Shown here: positions 1 to 11,041 of the stretch, piece by piece | Numbering within the stretch: the first letter of the stretch is position 1 | How the letters are laid out: every line of letters begins with the position of its first letter | Source of the DNA: Scyliorhinus canicula | Taxonomy: Eukaryota | Direction: 5' to 3' | Length of the DNA stretch: 64,000 nt | Assembly: GCF_902713615.1 (NCBI RefSeq) | Contig: NC_052152.1 | Location: 41,515,810-41,579,809, forward strand | Notes under the pieces: generated by a model | Databases searched by the model: none | What the model was told of the DNA's origin: nothing | The model's input: only the letters and a program-made list of their open reading frames with translations | Program-made: the position numbers and the translations under genes

Positions 1-174
1 CAATTTAGTGTGCCCAATCCACCTAACCTGCTCATCTTTGTGTTGTGGAGGTGAAACCCACGCAGACACGGGGAGAATGTGCAAACTCCACACAGACAGT
101 GACCCGGGTCTGGGATCGAACCCGGGTCCTCAGTGCCGTAGTCCCAGTGCCAACCTCTGTGCCACGTGCCGCCC
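1..174 (-). mobile_element. V-SINE (HE1-like), truncated by window edge
   Basis: Reverse complement has the tRNA-like head and V-core (GGAGTTTGCACATTCTCCCCGTGTCTGCGTGGGTTT) seen in the other copies. Confidence 0.85.
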
Positions 175-871
175 CCAAGTTGGGTTTATGTGTTGTTTAT
201 TAAGTTGATCCACAACCACAAAAAAAATTAAGAAATTAATATGGGGATGTTAGCACCTCATGTCTACGAGACAATTAAATGGAGTGGGAGGAGCGAGTGA
301 AGATCCATTTCACAAGTTGAGGTAAAAGTGCATTAATAGGACTCTTTCATCACCTTGGCCTGGAGGCCGGTGGGGAGCCTGCAGCACCTATCCCAAGAAC
401 AAGAAACAAGCCTGAAGAGTGAAAAGGTTTTCCAGGTCCCACCACGTAAGTGTGTAGGCCTCACCAGCCTCGAGTCACACTCTTCACAAATCACAGCCTG
501 CTTTCTTTCCTCCGCAAAAACTGGCATCTACCCTGGGCCTCGTCCTGTCTCACTCTCCACAAATTCCCACTGACTAAAGGGCAGTATTTCATCAACTATC
601 CATTATGCTTATAAACCTCGGGCCTGTTCCAGGGGTTAATTAAAATTTAATTTGTTTGCTTGAGAGCATTCTAAAATCTTGCTTGATAGCTTCATGTTCA
701 GTTACTGCTTCTCAAGCACAATTATTTTCATGTTCTTAACTGAAACAATATAAACAAGAACAGTAACATTTACTTGATTTCAGAAGAAATGTATTAGATT
801 GGTTATCAGATGACCGGATGTTGTTGAAGCCATTAATTCAAAAACCTTCTTGTTATGTGTTTTTATTGCAG

Positions 872-961
872 ATAGTGTATATATATGGGTGGTGGTCGCT
901 TCTGTGTGTGTAATTCTAGTAACTGGGGTTGTCTATTTACTAATAAAGTGTTCAAGAAAAG
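872..961 (+). CDS. Transmembrane exon of a single-pass (probably type I) membrane receptor
   Basis: Acceptor ttttattgcAG (AG 870-871), donor G|GTAAG at 961/962, 90 nt, phase 1-1. Reads (D)SVYIWVVVASVCVILVTGVVYLLIKCSRK: a hydrophobic span followed by basic stop-transfer residues. Confidence 0.85.
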
Positions 962-1242
962 GTAAGATCCAGATTATTCAAATAATTAAAGTTTGGCATA
1001 TGTGGAAATTAAGTCAGTATTACTCTTTGCACAATTTAATCCAGGTTCCAGTAAGTGGATCTATGAAGGCATTGAATTGAATTAATGCACTTCCATAGTC
1101 AACCTTCAGTCTAACTGTGTTACTTGTACAACTGATAGGGTGTAGTGGGTACGAGCACTATCTTCTCATGTCCTAAACTAATATTCTCAACCCCGTTCCG
1201 ACTGGACATCATCCCACAGTATGAAGGTGGCCTTTATTCCCA

Positions 1243-1437
1243 GGGGCTGGTTTAGCTCACTCGGCTAAATCGCTGGCTTTTAAAACAGACCAAGACAGGC
1301 CAGCAGCACGGTTTGATTCCCGTACCAGCCTCCCCGGACAGGTGCTGGAATGTGGTGACTAGGGGCTTTTCACAGTAACTTAATTGAAGCCTACTCGTGA
1401 CAATAAGCAATTTTCATTTTCATTTCATTTCATTCAG
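1243..1437 (+). mobile_element. tRNA-derived SINE with (TTTCA)n tail
   Basis: GGGGCTGGTTTAGCTCA head, GGTTTGATTCCC B-box-like motif, TTTCA repeats at the 3' end; same family at 21477-21645 and 44448-44632. Confidence 0.75.
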
Positions 1438-1789
1438 TGAATGGCTGTCTGCTGTCGGAATTGGAAAATGTCACAATGCAGCAGTGGGAATACTCGTGTA
1501 GCATTGGATTAAAACACAAGCAGTGTAGAATTTATTCTGTATGTCCAATGTTATAATATAACAAAGGAGTACTTCGGACCAAAATTGGCTTCATCTTGAC
1601 GGACACATAATTCATAAAACTGATATTTTAAACAGCATAAGTGGCCGTACCTTCAGCTGTCTTGCTCCTGAGCTCTGGAGTTTCCTCTTTATCTTCCTTT
1701 CCTTCTTTAAGATGCTCCTTAAATTGACTTTTTTGATGAAGCTTTTTGACATTCTGCCCTAATATTGCCTTCTTGAGTCGCAAATAGTT

Positions 1790-2470
1790 GGTTTACAGGT
1801 GCAACAGATGATTAATAAAACGATTGCAGTTTTGTCCTTCATTGCGAGAGAGATGGAGTTTAAGACTAGGGAGGTTATGTTGCAACTGTATGCGGTGTTA
1901 GTAAGGTCACACCTGGAGTATTGTGTCCAGTTTTGGTCTCCTTACCTGAGAAAGGACGTACTGGTGCTGGAGGGTGTGCAGAGGAGATTCATTAGGTTAA
2001 TCCCAGAGTTGAGGGGGTTGGATTATGAGGAGAGGTTGAGTAGACTGGGACTTTACTCGTTGGAATTTAGAAGGATGCGGGGGGATCTTATAGAAACATA
2101 AAGTTATGAAAGGAATAGATAGGATAGATGCGGGAAGGTGGTTTTCACTGGCGGGTGAAAGCAGAACTAGGGGGCATAGCCTCAAAATAAGGGGAAGTAG
2201 ATTTAGGACTGAGTTCAGGATGAACTTCTTCACCCAAAGGGTTGCGAAACTATGGAATTCCTTGCCCAGTGAAGCAGTTGAAGCTCCTTCATTAAATATT
2301 TTCAAGATAAAGATGGATAGTTTTTTGAAGAAGAAAATAATAAAGGGTTATGGTGTTTGGGTGGGAAAGTGGAGCTGAGTTCACAAAAGATCAGCCATGA
2401 TCTCATTGAATGGCGGAGCAGGCTCGAGGGGCCAGACGGCCTCCTGCTCCTAGTTCTTATGTTCTTATGT
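1790..2470 (+). mobile_element. CR1-clade LINE, 3' fragment
   Basis: ORF2 C-terminal motifs LVRSHLEYCVQFWSPYL and RTRGHSLK...FFTQRV..WNSLP; 3' tail (TTCTTATG)n. Confidence 0.9.
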
Positions 2471-2794
2471 TCTCTGACTTGGTGTAGAATTTTGCTTCTT
2501 GAAGCACCTTGGGACATTTTAAGTTAAGGGCACCGTATAAATACAAGTTGGAATCATTGTTGGTTTGATGATGAGAATAATACACAGAGTGTACAAGTAA
2601 AAAAATTGTATATTTGTTTCCTTTTTGGTACTATACAGATATTATCCGCTTGTAAATGCAGCAGCATTGTATAAAAGCAGAAAATGATGAAACTACAACT
2701 AGGGGAAGTTGAAGAACAAATATGCAAGCAGATTCTGGATAGATGTAGAAATAATAGGGTTGTTGCAGTGGGAGACTTTAATTTTGCTCACATT

Positions 2795-3010
2795 GGGGCG
2801 GCGCAGTGGTAGCACGGCTGCCTCACGATGCCGAGGTCCCAGGTTCGATCCTGGCTCTGCGTCACTGTCCGTGTGGAGTTTGCACATTCTCCCCGTGTCT
2901 GCGTAGGTTTTGCCCCCATAATCCAAAGATATGCAGGGTAGGTGGATTGGCCACGGTAAATTGCCCCTTAATTGGAAAAAATGAATTGGGTATTCTAAAT
3001 TTTTTTTTTA
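2795..3010 (+). mobile_element. V-SINE inserted in CR1
   Basis: V-core present; 15-bp target duplication AATTTTGCTCACATT at 2780-2794 and 3011-3025. Confidence 0.9.
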
Positions 3011-4401
3011 AATTTTGCTCACATTGACTGGAAATCCCTTAGGGCTAGGGGTCCGGATGGTCAGGAATTCAAGTGTGTCCCGGAAGGAATTTTGGAACAA
3101 TATATGGATAGTCCGACTAGAGAGGGGTCTATACTGGACCTAGTACTATGGAATGAGCCTTGCCCGGTCATCAAGGTTGCAGTGGGGGAACATGTGGCGA
3201 ACAGTGACCACAATTCCGTAAGCTTTTGGAAACTCATGGAAAAGGACAAATGTTGTCCTAGGGTTAAGGTGCTAAATTGGGGTAAGGCTAACTACACCAG
3301 ATTAGGCAGGATTTGGAGGCTGTTGTTTGGAAGAGGCTGTTTGAGGGTAAATCTACATTTGGCATGTGGGAGTCTTTTAAGGAGCAGTTGATGGGAGTGC
3401 AGGACAGACATGTGCCGATGAAAAGGAAAGACAGGAAAGGCAGGATTCAGTAACCGTGGATGACCAGAGAAATTGCGAGTATAGTCAAAAAGAAAAAGGA
3501 CGCATACGTGAGGTCTAGGCAACTAAAAACAGATGAAGCACTTGAAGAATACAAGAAAAGTGGAAAAGAGCTCAAGCAAGGAGTTAGGAAGGCAAAAAGG
3601 GGTCATGAAATGTCCTTGGCAGAGGATTAAGGAGAATCCCAAGGCATTTTATACGTATATTAGGAACAAAAGGGTGGCTAGGGAAAACGTTGGTCCACTC
3701 AAGGACAAAGGAAGAAAATGATGTGTAGAACCAAAAGAAGTAGGTGAGATCCTTAATGAATATTTTTCATCGGTATTCACAAAGGAGAGGGACACGTTGG
3801 TTGGTGGTGTCTCAGAGGGATATGCAAATACTTTAGAACAGGTTGTTATTACGAAGGAGGCAGTGTTAGGTGTGTTAAAAAGCATTAAGGTAGACAAATT
3901 GCCAGGGCCAGATGGCATCCATTCCAGATTGCTGAGGGAGGGAGACAAGAGATGAAATCGCTGGGCCCCACCAGAAATCATTGTTTCCTTGTTGGCCACA
4001 GGTGAGGACCCAGAGGATTGGAGGATAGTCAATGTTGTCCCATTACTTAAGATGGGTAGCAAGGATAACCCGTGTAATTATAGGCCAATAAGCTTGACGA
4101 CAGTGATAATGAAATTGTTGGAAAAGATTCTCAGATACAGGATCAATGCACATTTGCAAGTGAATGGTCTTATTAGCAAGAGACAGCATGTTTTTGTACG
4201 AGGGAGGTCATGTCTCACTAATTTAATTGAGTTTTTTGAAGAGGTGACAATAATGGTTGATGAGGGAAGGGCTGTGGATGCTGTCTACATGGACTTTAGT
4301 AAAACATTTGACAAGGTCCCTCATGGCAGGCTGGTGTAAAAGATTAAATCACACGGGGTCAGGGGTGAACTAGCTAGATGGATTCAGAACTGCTTTGGCC
4401 A

Positions 4402-4612
4402 TTCATGTGGAGATGATGGCGTTGGACTGGGGTGAGCACAATAAAAAGTCTTACAACACCAGGTTAAAGTCTAACAGGTTTGTTTTGAATCACTAGCTTT
4501 TTGAGCGCAGATCCTTTATCAGGCACTCACCTGATGAAGGAGCTGCGCACCGAAAGCTAGTGATTCGAAACAGAGCTGTTGGACTTTAACCTTATGTTGT
4601 AAGACTTCTTAC
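4402..4612. mobile_element. Penelope-like (PLE) inverted pseudo-LTR remnant with a hammerhead ribozyme motif
   Basis: Two inverted arms; CTGATGA-A-GGAG..CACC-GAAAGCTA-GTGA at 4527-4563; same family as 5564-5771. Confidence 0.7.
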
Positions 4613-5563
4613 CATGGGCATAGAAGACAAAGGGTAGCAGGGGAAGGGTGTTTTCCAAATGGAATATTAGTTTGTAACTAGTGGTTTTTCGCAGGGATCG
4701 GTGCTGAGACCTCTGCTGCTTATAATGTATATATATATAAATGACTTGGAAGAAAACATAGCGGGTCTGATTAGCAAGTTTGCGGGTGATACTAAGATTA
4801 CAGGAGTTGTGGATAGTGATGAAGTTTGTCAGAGAATACAGCAGGATATAGATAGGCTGCAAAATTAGGTGCAGAAACGGCAGATTAAATTTTATCCAGA
4901 CACATGAGAGGTGATGCATTTTGGTAGATCCAATTCAGGTTGGAGCTACAAAATAAATGGCAGAACCATTAGGAGCATAGACACACAGAGAGATCTGGGC
5001 ATGCAGGTCCACAGATCCTTATAAGTGCCAGTGCAGGTGGAAACGGTGGTGGAGAAAGCATATGACATGCTTGCCTTCACAGGACAGGGTATCAAGTATA
5101 AAAGTTCGAAAAATATATAACAGTTATACAGAATGTTGGTTTGGCCACATTTGGAATACTGCGTCTAATTCTGGTCACCACACTACCAGAAGGATGTGAG
5201 GGCTTTGGAGAGAGTACAGAGAAGGTTTACCAGGATGTTGCCTGGATGGAGGGAATTAGCTATGAGGAGAGATTGAATAAACTGCGATTGTTCTCCCTGG
5301 AGAGACAGAGGCTGCGGGGGGGGCGATCTGATAGAAGTTTATAAAATGATGAGGGGTATAGATAAGGTGAACAGTTGGAGGCTTTTTCCCAGGGCGGAAA
5401 TGACAATTACAAGGGGGCACAAGTTCGAGGTGAGGGAGGGTAGGTTCAGTGGAGATGTACGGAGGAGGTTTTTTACCAAGAGGGTGGTGGTGGCCTGGAA
5501 TGCACTGCCAAGTGAGGTGGTTGAGGCAGATACGTTAGCGACCTTTAAGACCTATCTGGATAT

Positions 5564-5771
5564 AGTAAGAAGTCTTACAACACCAGGTTAAAGTCCAACA
5601 GGTTTGTTTCAAACACGAGCTTTCGGAGCACTGCTCCTTCCTCAGGTGAAACCTGAGGAAGGAGCTGCGCTCCGAAAGCTCGTGTTTGAAACAAACCTGT
5701 TGGTCTTTAACCTGGTGTTGTAAGACTTCTTACTGTGCTCACCCCAGTCCAACGCCGGCATCGCCACATCA
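5564..5771. mobile_element. Penelope-like inverted pseudo-LTR remnant with hammerhead motifs on both strands
   Basis: Near-perfect inverted arms; CTGAGGA-A-GGAGC-nnn-GCTCC-GAAAGCTC on both strands; 11-bp duplication TATCTGGATAT at 5553-5563 and 5772-5782. Confidence 0.75.
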
Positions 5772-6036
5772 TATCTGGATATACACATGAACAGACAGGG
5801 TATAGAAGGAAATAGGCGTTGGTCTAGATAAGGCACTTGATTAGCGCAGGCTTGGAGGGCCGAAGGGCCTGTTCCTGTGCTGTACTGTTCTTTGTTCTTT
5901 GCACTCAGCAGAGTATCTGCAGATGGTGTGATCTTCCAAATAGGGAACAAAGTTCCCGAGTGAGCGCGTTTAGCTGCGTATATCCCGGCACTCGCAATGC
6001 CGAGAAGCACATGGTTATTCAACGAGACTCATTTTA

Positions 6037-6282
6037 TTTTTATTTTTTTTTTTTTTTTTTTTTTATTAATTTAGATTAGCCAATTATTTTTTCCAATTAA
6101 GGGGCAATTTTGCGTGGCCAATCCACCTACTCTGCACATTTTTGGGTTGTGGGGGCGAAACCCACGCAGACACGGGGAGAACGTGCAAACTCCACACGGA
6201 CAGTGACCCAGAGCCGGGATCGAACCTGGGACCTCAGCGCCGTGAGGCGGTTGTGCTAACCACTAGGCCACCGTGCTGCCCT
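6037..6282 (-). mobile_element. V-SINE inserted in an older non-autonomous repeat
   Basis: V-core; 14-bp duplication CGAGACTCATTTTA at 6023-6036 and 6283-6296. Confidence 0.88.
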
Positions 6283-6589
6283 CGAGACTCATTTTAAATA
6301 AGGGGTCTAAACGGGGATTGTGGTGGCTGAGGCCGCACATAGCCCCGTTTTTTACAACGGGGAGCTCTGCTCGTCGGAACTCTCCACTGTAGCGAAAGAT
6401 CGGGAAGCCATTTTTAAATGGCGTCCCAATCTCCAAGGCCCACAAAAGAAATCCCCGACCTCCCCTCAGCCCAAATGCAAGGTTGGAGGGTCCCCCGCCC
6501 CCCTCAGATGGAGGTCATTCGGCCCATCTAGTCTGCGCCGACCATTCAAAAGAGCAGCCTACCTAGGCCCACACCCCTGCCCTATCCCC

Positions 6590-6800
6590 ATAACCCCACC
6601 TACCCTTTTGGACATAAGGGTCAATTTAGCGTGGCTAAATCCACCTAACCTAACCACATCTTTGGACTGTGGAAGGAACCTGAGCACCCGGAGGAAACCC
6701 ACACAGACACTGGGAGAACATGCAAACTCCGCACAGACAGTCGGAATCAAACCCGGATCCCTGGCGCTGTGAGGGAGCAGTGCTAACCACTGTGCCACCG
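6590..6800 (-). mobile_element. V-SINE
   Basis: tRNA-like head and V-core on the minus strand. Confidence 0.85.
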
Positions 6801-7166
6801 TGGAGAAAAAACTTCAAACCAAGTAAAACGTTAGCACTTGACGGAAAATAATAATCTATTAGGTAATAAAAAAAGATATGAAACAAATTGACTAGTCATC
6901 CATCAAATTTTTTTCTTCTATAGACCATACACAATTTTCTCTGTTATTAAGCTTACCTGACCTTCCTGGTATCCAATAGGAGGCAACCAATTTCACATAA
7001 ACCTCGAAAATATTGAGCGCTGTGTGATTACTCCCTGAATCCACAAGTTGTTAAGTGGCAGTAGATGACTTATGTGACTTAGAAGTATTCAATCAATCAT
7101 ACATCATCGAGTATTAATTTGTGACTATTTGTACATTATAGTCTTCAGTATAGTGATAATTGGAGC

Positions 7167-7950
7167 ATTCATAGATACATAGATACATAGAAGATAGGAG
7201 CAGGAGGAGGCCTTTTGGCCCTTCGAGCCTGCTCCGCCATTCATCACAATCATGGCTGGTCATTCAACTCAATAGCCTAAACCTGCTTTCTTCCCATAGC
7301 CTTTGATCCCATTCTCCCCAAGTGCTATATCCTGCCCCCTCTTGAATATATTCAAAGTTTTAGCATCAACTACTTCCTGTGGTGATGAATTCCACTCTGT
7401 GGGTGAAGAAATGTCTCCTTATCTCTGTCCGAAATGATTTACCCTGAATCCTCAGACTGTGACCCCTGGTTCTGGACACACCCATCATTGGCAACATCTT
7501 CCGTGCATCTACCCTGTCTAGTCCTGTTAGAATTTTATAAGTCTCTATGAGATCCCCCCCTCATTCTTCTGAACTCCGGCGAGAATAATCCCAACCTAGT
7601 CAATCTCTCCTCATATGACAGTTCCGCCATCCCTGGAATCAGTCTGGTAAACCTTCGCTGCACTCCCTCGAGAGCAAGAACATCCTTCCACAGAGAAGGA
7701 GACCAAAACTGCACACAATACTCCAGGTGTGGCCTCACCAAGGCACTGTACAATTGCAGCAACACATCACTGCTTCTATATTCGAAACCTCTCGCAATGA
7801 AGGCCAACATACCATTAGCCTTCTTTCCCGCCTGTTGCACAAGGACACCCAGGTCCCGCTGCATACTCCCCTCTCCCAGTTTACAACCATTCAGGTAGTA
7901 ATCTGCATTCCTGATTTTGCTTCCAAAGTGAATAACCTCACACTTCTTAA
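7167..7950 (-). mobile_element. CR1-clade LINE, 3' fragment
   Basis: LVRPHLEYCVQFWSP / VQRRFTRLIPG motifs (ORF 7535-7864); (TATGTATC)n-type tail near 7170-7190. Confidence 0.9.
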
Positions 7951-8253
7951 AGCAATTAATTGACAGGCAGCTACAAATTTAAAACTGAGTCTGACAAACT
8001 GTTCTTGATGGCTTAGATGAGTAGTTTCTCAAATGACTAAAACTGAATGACAGTTTTGTCAGGGATGTCAAAACGAGATTCTTCCTGACAGAAGGACAAC
8101 TTCACAAAATTGTAGAATTATAGAATTCACTTTCCGAGTCAGTTTGACACGTGCTTCCCAGCTGTACTGATTTCTCTGTGGCTGCGCTTCCTACAAAACA
8201 GAGTGAATGAAATTACACAAATTAAATTTTAATCTACTTTTCTGTCATTTTAG

Positions 8254-8633
8254 AAAATCCTAAAGTTAATGAGATCTATGTTAATGTTGGCACTGGATCA
8301 AGAAATCAAGAGACTGCCTCAACACGTCGAGACGCAAATCAAAATTTAGATCGATATCAAGGGACTGCCTCAACACGTCAGAATGCAAATCGAAATTTAG
8401 GTCAAAATCAAGGGGCTGCCTCAACACGTCAGCATGCAAATCGAAATTTGGGTCAAAATCAAGGGGCTGCCTCAACACGTCAGCATACAAATCGAAATTT
8501 GGGTCAAAATCAAGGGACTGCCTCAAAATGTCAGAACTCGAGTCGAAACTTAAATCGAAATTCTAATTCTAATTACAGTTTTATTAGACACATTCCATCG
8601 GTTATATATGAAAATACTTTATCCCCAAAATAA
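8254..8633 (+). CDS. Terminal coding exon: cytoplasmic tail of the receptor whose TM exon is at 872-961
   Basis: Acceptor ttttctgtcattttAG (ends 8253), phase 1 matching the TM-exon donor. Open to TAA at 8631-8633: ENPKVNEIYVNV...five 17-aa repeats...SNYSFIRHIPSVIYENTLSPK. AATAAA overlaps the stop. Additional small exons in between cannot be excluded. Confidence 0.8.
8307..8561 (+). repeat. Coding minisatellite, 51-bp (17-aa) unit, about 5 copies
   Basis: Units start at 8307, 8358, 8409, 8460 and 8511; consensus QGAASTRQHANRNLGQN. Confidence 0.95.
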
Positions 8634-8862
8634 AATGGCATTAGTTTAAGAAAGGAGGTTGTTAGTTTATGATTTTATTTTGTTGTTTGTCTTCTCAAAT
8701 TGAACCTGCAGTCTTGGAGCTGGGCTGTGGCTTATCCCTGTGGCCACTGAGTGCACAATCTCGTTAAGCTGTACATAGCAAACGCAGAGATAGAACGCCA
8801 ATGTGTTGCACCGTCCAGGATGCAACTTGTTTACTAATGCTGACTGATTTGTCAGAGAGCTT

Positions 8863-9623
8863 GGGCGGGATTCTCCGTCACGCCGCACCAGGGGCTGGAT
8901 TCTCCGCACCCCGATGCCGAAATCGCGGCCGGCGGAGAATCCATTTTCGCGCACGGAATCTGGACCGGCACTGGTTCCCCGTTTCTCTGGGCCCCGAAAG
9001 GTGGCGTATGGCGTATCCCCTACCTACGGCCATTGTTGGAGGCCCACCCAACCATTCTCCGCCTCCGGCCGGCCGAAGTCCCGTCGGCGTGGATCTAATG
9101 TGGTCCTGCCGGCCGGGATATTAGCGTGGCGGCTGCGGACTCAGTGGGAGGGCAGGGGGGGGGGGGGGGGGGGGGGGGCTTATACGGCACCGGCCTAATT
9201 TTGGGCAGGCAGTCTGGGTCAGGTGCATGGCCGATCGGGGGCACTATTTGGAGGGTCCAGCTCCATGATCTGAGTCCGCCATGGAGCACGGCGCCACCGC
9301 TGGAGGCCACCGCCTTGCGCATGCGTGGCCTCGGATGCGGAAGTGCGGGTGGGGGGGGGGGGGGCGTATCTGCAGCAAAAGCTGCGAGCTTCTCAAAGGG
9401 TCTCTGCTAGCCCCCTGCGTATATCAATATGTGGCCCTTTCATGCCAGTATTTCTGGCATGTGGACATAGTCCCACAAACAGAGAATCCAGCCCCAGATT
9501 TCTGGCGTGGCGCGCCCCCGGGATTCTCCGTCTCGACAGTCGGCCAATGGGATTTCCCACGCCGTCAGAAAACCCCCGGGCTGCCGGCGCAATGGAGAAT
9601 CCCGACAGCGGAGAGTCCAGCCC
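8863..9623. mobile_element. Non-autonomous PIF/Harbinger-type MITE
   Basis: Terminal inverted GGGCGGGATTCTCC / GGAGAGTCCAGCCC, GC-rich interior with poly-G runs; termini resemble those of the Harbinger at 47187-54971. Confidence 0.65.
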
Positions 9624-9794
9624 CATATATTTTTCACCTGTGTTCATTATACAGAACATTTCCATCACATTGATGTTGCTGTTAAGTTATTAATTACGAT
9701 AATGTTTTACTTATTAGGATACTTTTATTCTGTTCGGTATTGCTCAGCGTAATAGCTTACATAGCAAAGAGCATGATCATGTAAAGTTATAGAA

Positions 9795-10514
9795 CAGGGG
9801 TGGGCAAACTACGGCCCGCGGGCCGCATGCGGCCCGACAAAGGTTTTTATGCGGCCCGCCAATGAGGTGCCCGGAATCATAACCGGCATTTTTGAAAAGC
9901 CGCCGGGGAAAAGCCGCTGAAGTAAATGCGCATATTCAATAAGCGCATTTACTTCAGCGGCTTTTCCCCGGCGGCTTTTCAAAAATGCCGGTTATGATTC
10001 CGGGCACCTCATTGGCGGGCCGCATAAAAACGCGCGTAGTGGGGTGGATGAGTGGGGCTGTCTCATTGGTCGGTTTAGTTGGGTGGGCGACCAATAGGAG
10101 TCCAGGTTACAAACAATAAGCCTTATTATTGTTTGTAACCTGGACTCCTATTGGTCGCACACCCAACTAAACCGACCAATAAGGCAGCCCCACTCATCCA
10201 CCCCACTACGCGCGTTTTTATCGTTGACTCGGCTAGGCTGTGCTTCTGTCAGTGTTAAGGATCAGCACAAGCAACTTGACACCTGATTTCAACAAACTGG
10301 TAAATGACTGCAGTCAGATGCATCATTCTCATTGACATTGTTCTGTTACTTACTGATTTACTTTGTTTTTCAAATAAATGTGCTTTTTTTTCTTTAAAGA
10401 CCTTTTATTTTGGCTATTTAAAATATTAATTATTTTACTTAATATACTATGCGGCCCTTTAAAATTGTGAATTTCTGAATGTGGCCCTTGCACGGAAAAG
10501 TTTGCCCACCCCTG
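9795..10514. mobile_element. Non-autonomous hAT (Charlie/Buster-type) element
   Basis: TIR CAGGGGTGGGCAAACT / AGTTTGCCCACCCCTG; perfect 8-bp TSD TTATAGAA (9787-9794, 10515-10522) with central TA; two internal palindromes. Confidence 0.92.
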
Positions 10515-10595
10515 TTATAGAAGTTCGTTCAGAAATGCAATAACGTTAAAAAGCATTCACATAATCTATTACTATAACAATATATAATTACACGA

Positions 10596-10918
10596 GGGCA
10601 GCACGGTAGCACAAGTGATTAGCACTGTGGCTTCACAGTGCCAGGGTCCCAGGTTCGATTCCCTGCTGGGTCACTGTCTGTGCGGAGTCTGCACATTCTC
10701 CCTGTGTCTGTGTGGGTTACCTCCGGGTGCTCCGATTTCTTCCCACAGTCCAAAGACGTGCAGGTTAGGTGGATTGGCCATGATAAATTGCCCTTAGTGA
10801 CCAAAAAAGGTTAGGAGGGGTTATTGGGTTACGGGGATAAGGTGGAAGTGAGGATTTAAGTGGGTCGGTGCAGACTCGATGGGCCGAATGGCCTCCTTCT
10901 GCACTGTATGTTCTATGA
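10596..10918 (+). mobile_element. Full-length V-SINE
   Basis: Head GGGCAGCACGGTAGCAC, V-core, CR1-like 3' tail GGGCCGAATGGCCTCCTTCTGCACTGTATGTTCTATG. Confidence 0.92.
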
Positions 10919-11041
10919 GTTAATCTTCAGCCCAAAGGGACAGCCTCAGCACTAGAGCGTGTCCATCTTTAGTGATAATGGTTCTCTTTGATTGGCTGAT
11001 TCGGAGTGCAACTAAGAAGAGGTAACGTACATAAGTTCCTG

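Larger units (their letters stand above)
2700..5900 (+). mobile_element. CR1-clade LINE, degenerate ORF2, interrupted by a V-SINE and two Penelope remnants
   Basis: APE remnants (VVAVGDFNF; LDLVLWNEP; SDHN), RT motifs NYRPISLT and DFSKTFDKVPH, C-terminal motifs near 5141-5591; many stops and frameshifts. Confidence 0.88.

Noticed and set aside
2638-2700. Possible extra receptor exon after ...TATACAG
   Set aside because: In the required phase it reaches a stop after five codons (DIIRL*) and runs into CR1 sequence.
8307-8561. Regularly spaced repeats as a CRISPR-like array
   Set aside because: Contiguous in-frame units with no unique spacers, in a eukaryotic exon; no cas genes.
9156-9178. Long poly-G/poly-C runs (also near 14770, 15402, 47737 and 48927) as G-quadruplex elements
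   Set aside because: Mostly recurrent homopolymers within repeats whose lengths are unreliable in assemblies; nothing locus-specific.
10596-10680. tRNA-like sequences at SINE heads
   Set aside because: They are SINE 5' ends followed by V-core and LINE-derived tails, not tRNA genes.
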